A stretch of DNA of 53,879 nucleotides, from positions 1 through 53,879 of IMG/VR virus record IMGVR_UViG_3300044260_000021, one strand, 5' to 3'. Shown piece after piece: positions 52,405 to 53,879 of the stretch. The position numbers were made by a program, and so were the translations under genes. The stretch is from a virus. Its lineage: Duplodnaviria; Caudoviricetes. Within the stretch, counting starts at the first letter, position 1. Each line of letters begins with the position of its first letter. The notes beneath the pieces are model-generated. The model did no database searches and had not been told where the DNA came from. It was given only the letters and a program-made list of their open reading frames with translations.

Positions 52405-52980
52405 TCAGGCGCGGGCGTGGGTGTAGAGCTTCGCACGTCCAGCGCGGGCTGCATCGGCTGCCGCTTCGGGCGTCGCATGGTATCCAAACGAGTGGGCACG
52501 GCCGCGCAGCTTCACCCGGGCGTGCCAGCGTCCGCTGGCCTTGTGGTAAGAAACGCCGCGCAGGCCGATTCCGTTCTGGCGGTCCGGCTTTAGGTTTTGC
52601 CCGTTCTGCGCATGGGTGCACAGACGCAAGTGCTCGGGATTGACGCAGTAGCAGTGATTGAAGTGGTCAATGTCCATGCCGGGCGGGATTGGGCCGTGGG
52701 TGTATTCCCAAATCCAGCGGTGCGCATAGTCGCGTTTGCCGCTGTCTGCAAAGCGTCCGTATTCTTGGGGGCCGGTGTTTTCCCAGCGCCAGCAGCCGGT
52801 GGCGGCCTCAACTGTGACTTTTTGCATGAACCGTGCGAGCGGGTCCGCGCCGCGCTGGTAGTCCCGGATTGGGGTAAGTTCCTGGCCGCGCCGTGCCTGC
52901 CGGTTGTGGGTTTGGCAGCGGCCCTTCGCCTCAATGGGACGACCGCAGGCGGGGAATGAGCAGGTGCTAACATCGGACAT
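52405..52980 (-). CDS. HNH endonuclease with AP2-like C-terminus
   Basis: CSFPAC..C..H; CWRW; AHRW; IDH..HCYCVNPEHL; GLRGVSY...WHARV. Confidence 0.9.
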   Translation of the reverse strand: MSDVSTCSFPACGRPIEAKGRCQTHNRQARRGQELTPIRDYQRGADPLARFMQKVTVEAATGCWRWENTGPQEYGRFADSGKRDYAHRWIWEYTHGPIPPGMDIDHFNHCYCVNPEHLRLCTHAQNGQNLKPDRQNGIGLRGVSYHKASGRWHARVKLRGRAHSFGYHATPEAAADAARAGRAKLYTHARA

Positions 52981-53060
52981 ATCGACTCCTAAACGGTCGG
53001 TCATGACCCCGGGCGGTGCCAGCCGCCGCGGGGTTTCCTTATGCCAACATCATACGCCTG

Positions 53061-53879
53061 TCAAGCGTCGTCGTGCGGAAGTTGCACGAGTCCGTCCGAA
53101 AGTGCGGCTGATCGTTCATCATCGTCAGGCCATAGGTGACTATAGGTGCGCAGGGTTTCGTGGGCGTCTTTGTGTCCCAGTCGGTGCGCGACGGCGACCG
53201 GGGACATGCCCCCGGCGATCAGCAGCGACGCGTGGTAGTGGCGCAGCTGGTGCCAGCCGTCGCCCACGTCACCGTGGCCGGACTTGACCAGCGCGGCCCG
53301 CACGTCGCGCCACGCTTCGCCCGCAGCGCCCCGCAGGATCGCCGCCCGCTGTACGTTCCCGAACACCAGCCCGCCGACGTTCCTGGGGCCGTCCTGCAGG
53401 CCGCGCAGCATGTCCACGGTGGCCGGGCCTATGGCTATGCGCCGGATGCTGGCGCGGGACTTCGGCGGCCCCCACTGCGGGGCGTGGGAATTCGTGCCGA
53501 TCAGCTGCCGGTCCACCCGGACCATGCCGCCGGGCAGGTCCACCCGGTCCCATGTCAGGCCCCGTAGTTCGGCGGACCGCAGCCCGGTCGCTGCGCAGAA
53601 AATGACCATGGGCCGGTAGCCGGTCCAGATCGTGTCCGCGATCCGCTGCACCTGTGCCGTGGGCAGCGGCACGACGGGCACGTGTTCAAGCTTGGGCAGG
53701 CGGACGCCCACGCACGGGGACGCCTGCAGGTGGCCGTCCAGTACGGCCGCTTTCATCAGGGACGCCAGGTAGCCGTAGCTCACCCGCACAGTGGACGGCG
53801 CCAGCGTCCGGGACCAGATCATGACGGCGGCCTGCACGTCGGCGCGGGTGATGTCTTCCAGCGCCCGGCCGGTGAATGA
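53061..53879 (-). CDS. int: Tyrosine integrase, catalytic C-terminal part
   Basis: TGLRSAE (R), PKS (K), HQLRH, LGH, TLRTY catalytic motifs. Confidence 0.96.
   Translation of the reverse strand, partial: SFTGRALEDITRADVQAAVMIWSRTLAPSTVRVSYGYLASLMKAAVLDGHLQASPCVGVRLPKLEHVPVVPLPTAQVQRIADTIWTGYRPMVIFCAATGLRSAELRGLTWDRVDLPGGMVRVDRQLIGTNSHAPQWGPPKSRASIRRIAIGPATVDMLRGLQDGPRNVGGLVFGNVQRAAILRGAAGEAWRDVRAALVKSGHGDVGDGWHQLRHYHASLLIAGGMSPVAVAHRLGHKDAHETLRTYSHLWPDDDERSAALSDGLVQLPHDDA

Larger units (their letters stand above)
1..53752. mobile_element. Complete temperate siphovirus genome (actinobacteriophage-like), circular form
   Basis: Integrase, repressor, recombination, replication, packaging, head, long-tail (tape measure) and lysis modules all present; no host housekeeping genes. 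Confidence 0.96.

Noticed and set aside
53753-53879. Biological direct terminal repeat
   Set aside because: It falls mid-integrase and its length matches a common assembler k-mer, so it is treated as a circular overlap.

Overview
The window is a complete, circular genome of a temperate, GC-rich siphovirus, probably infecting an actinobacterium such as Arthrobacter or another Micrococcaceae member (host is inference from gene families and GC content). Bases 1-127 repeat exactly at 53753-53879, an assembly overlap that gives a 53,752-bp circle and splits the tyrosine integrase. Gene order: integrase and double-HTH repressor (leftward); excisionase-like HTH; YqaJ/RecT/SSB; replication initiator with internal iterons; DnaB; RusA; SMC-like ATPase; HNH nucleases; TerS; a ~9-kb accessory block; TerL; portal-MuF fusion; XkdF-like protease; scaffold; capsid; tail module with a -1 frameshift; GH25 endolysin and holin; an RHH cassette; attP. 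Most notable observations: (1) the attP core looks like the 3' end of the host RNase P RNA gene (rnpB), not a tRNA; (2) an island of small genes under five promoters that each overlap a CGTAACG-N3-CGTTACG palindrome, with its own HTH genes (acr-aca-like layout); (3) a protamine-like Arg/His protein with no acidic residues among the head-tail genes; (4) a minimal glycosyltransferase-like gene directly after a capsid gene with a Thr/Ser-rich insertion; (5) a structurally non-canonical tRNA(GUA); (6) a genome-wide GCGTGYAGTTCGCG/TTCGCGAA operator motif. All family calls are by motif recognition by eye; no searches were run.
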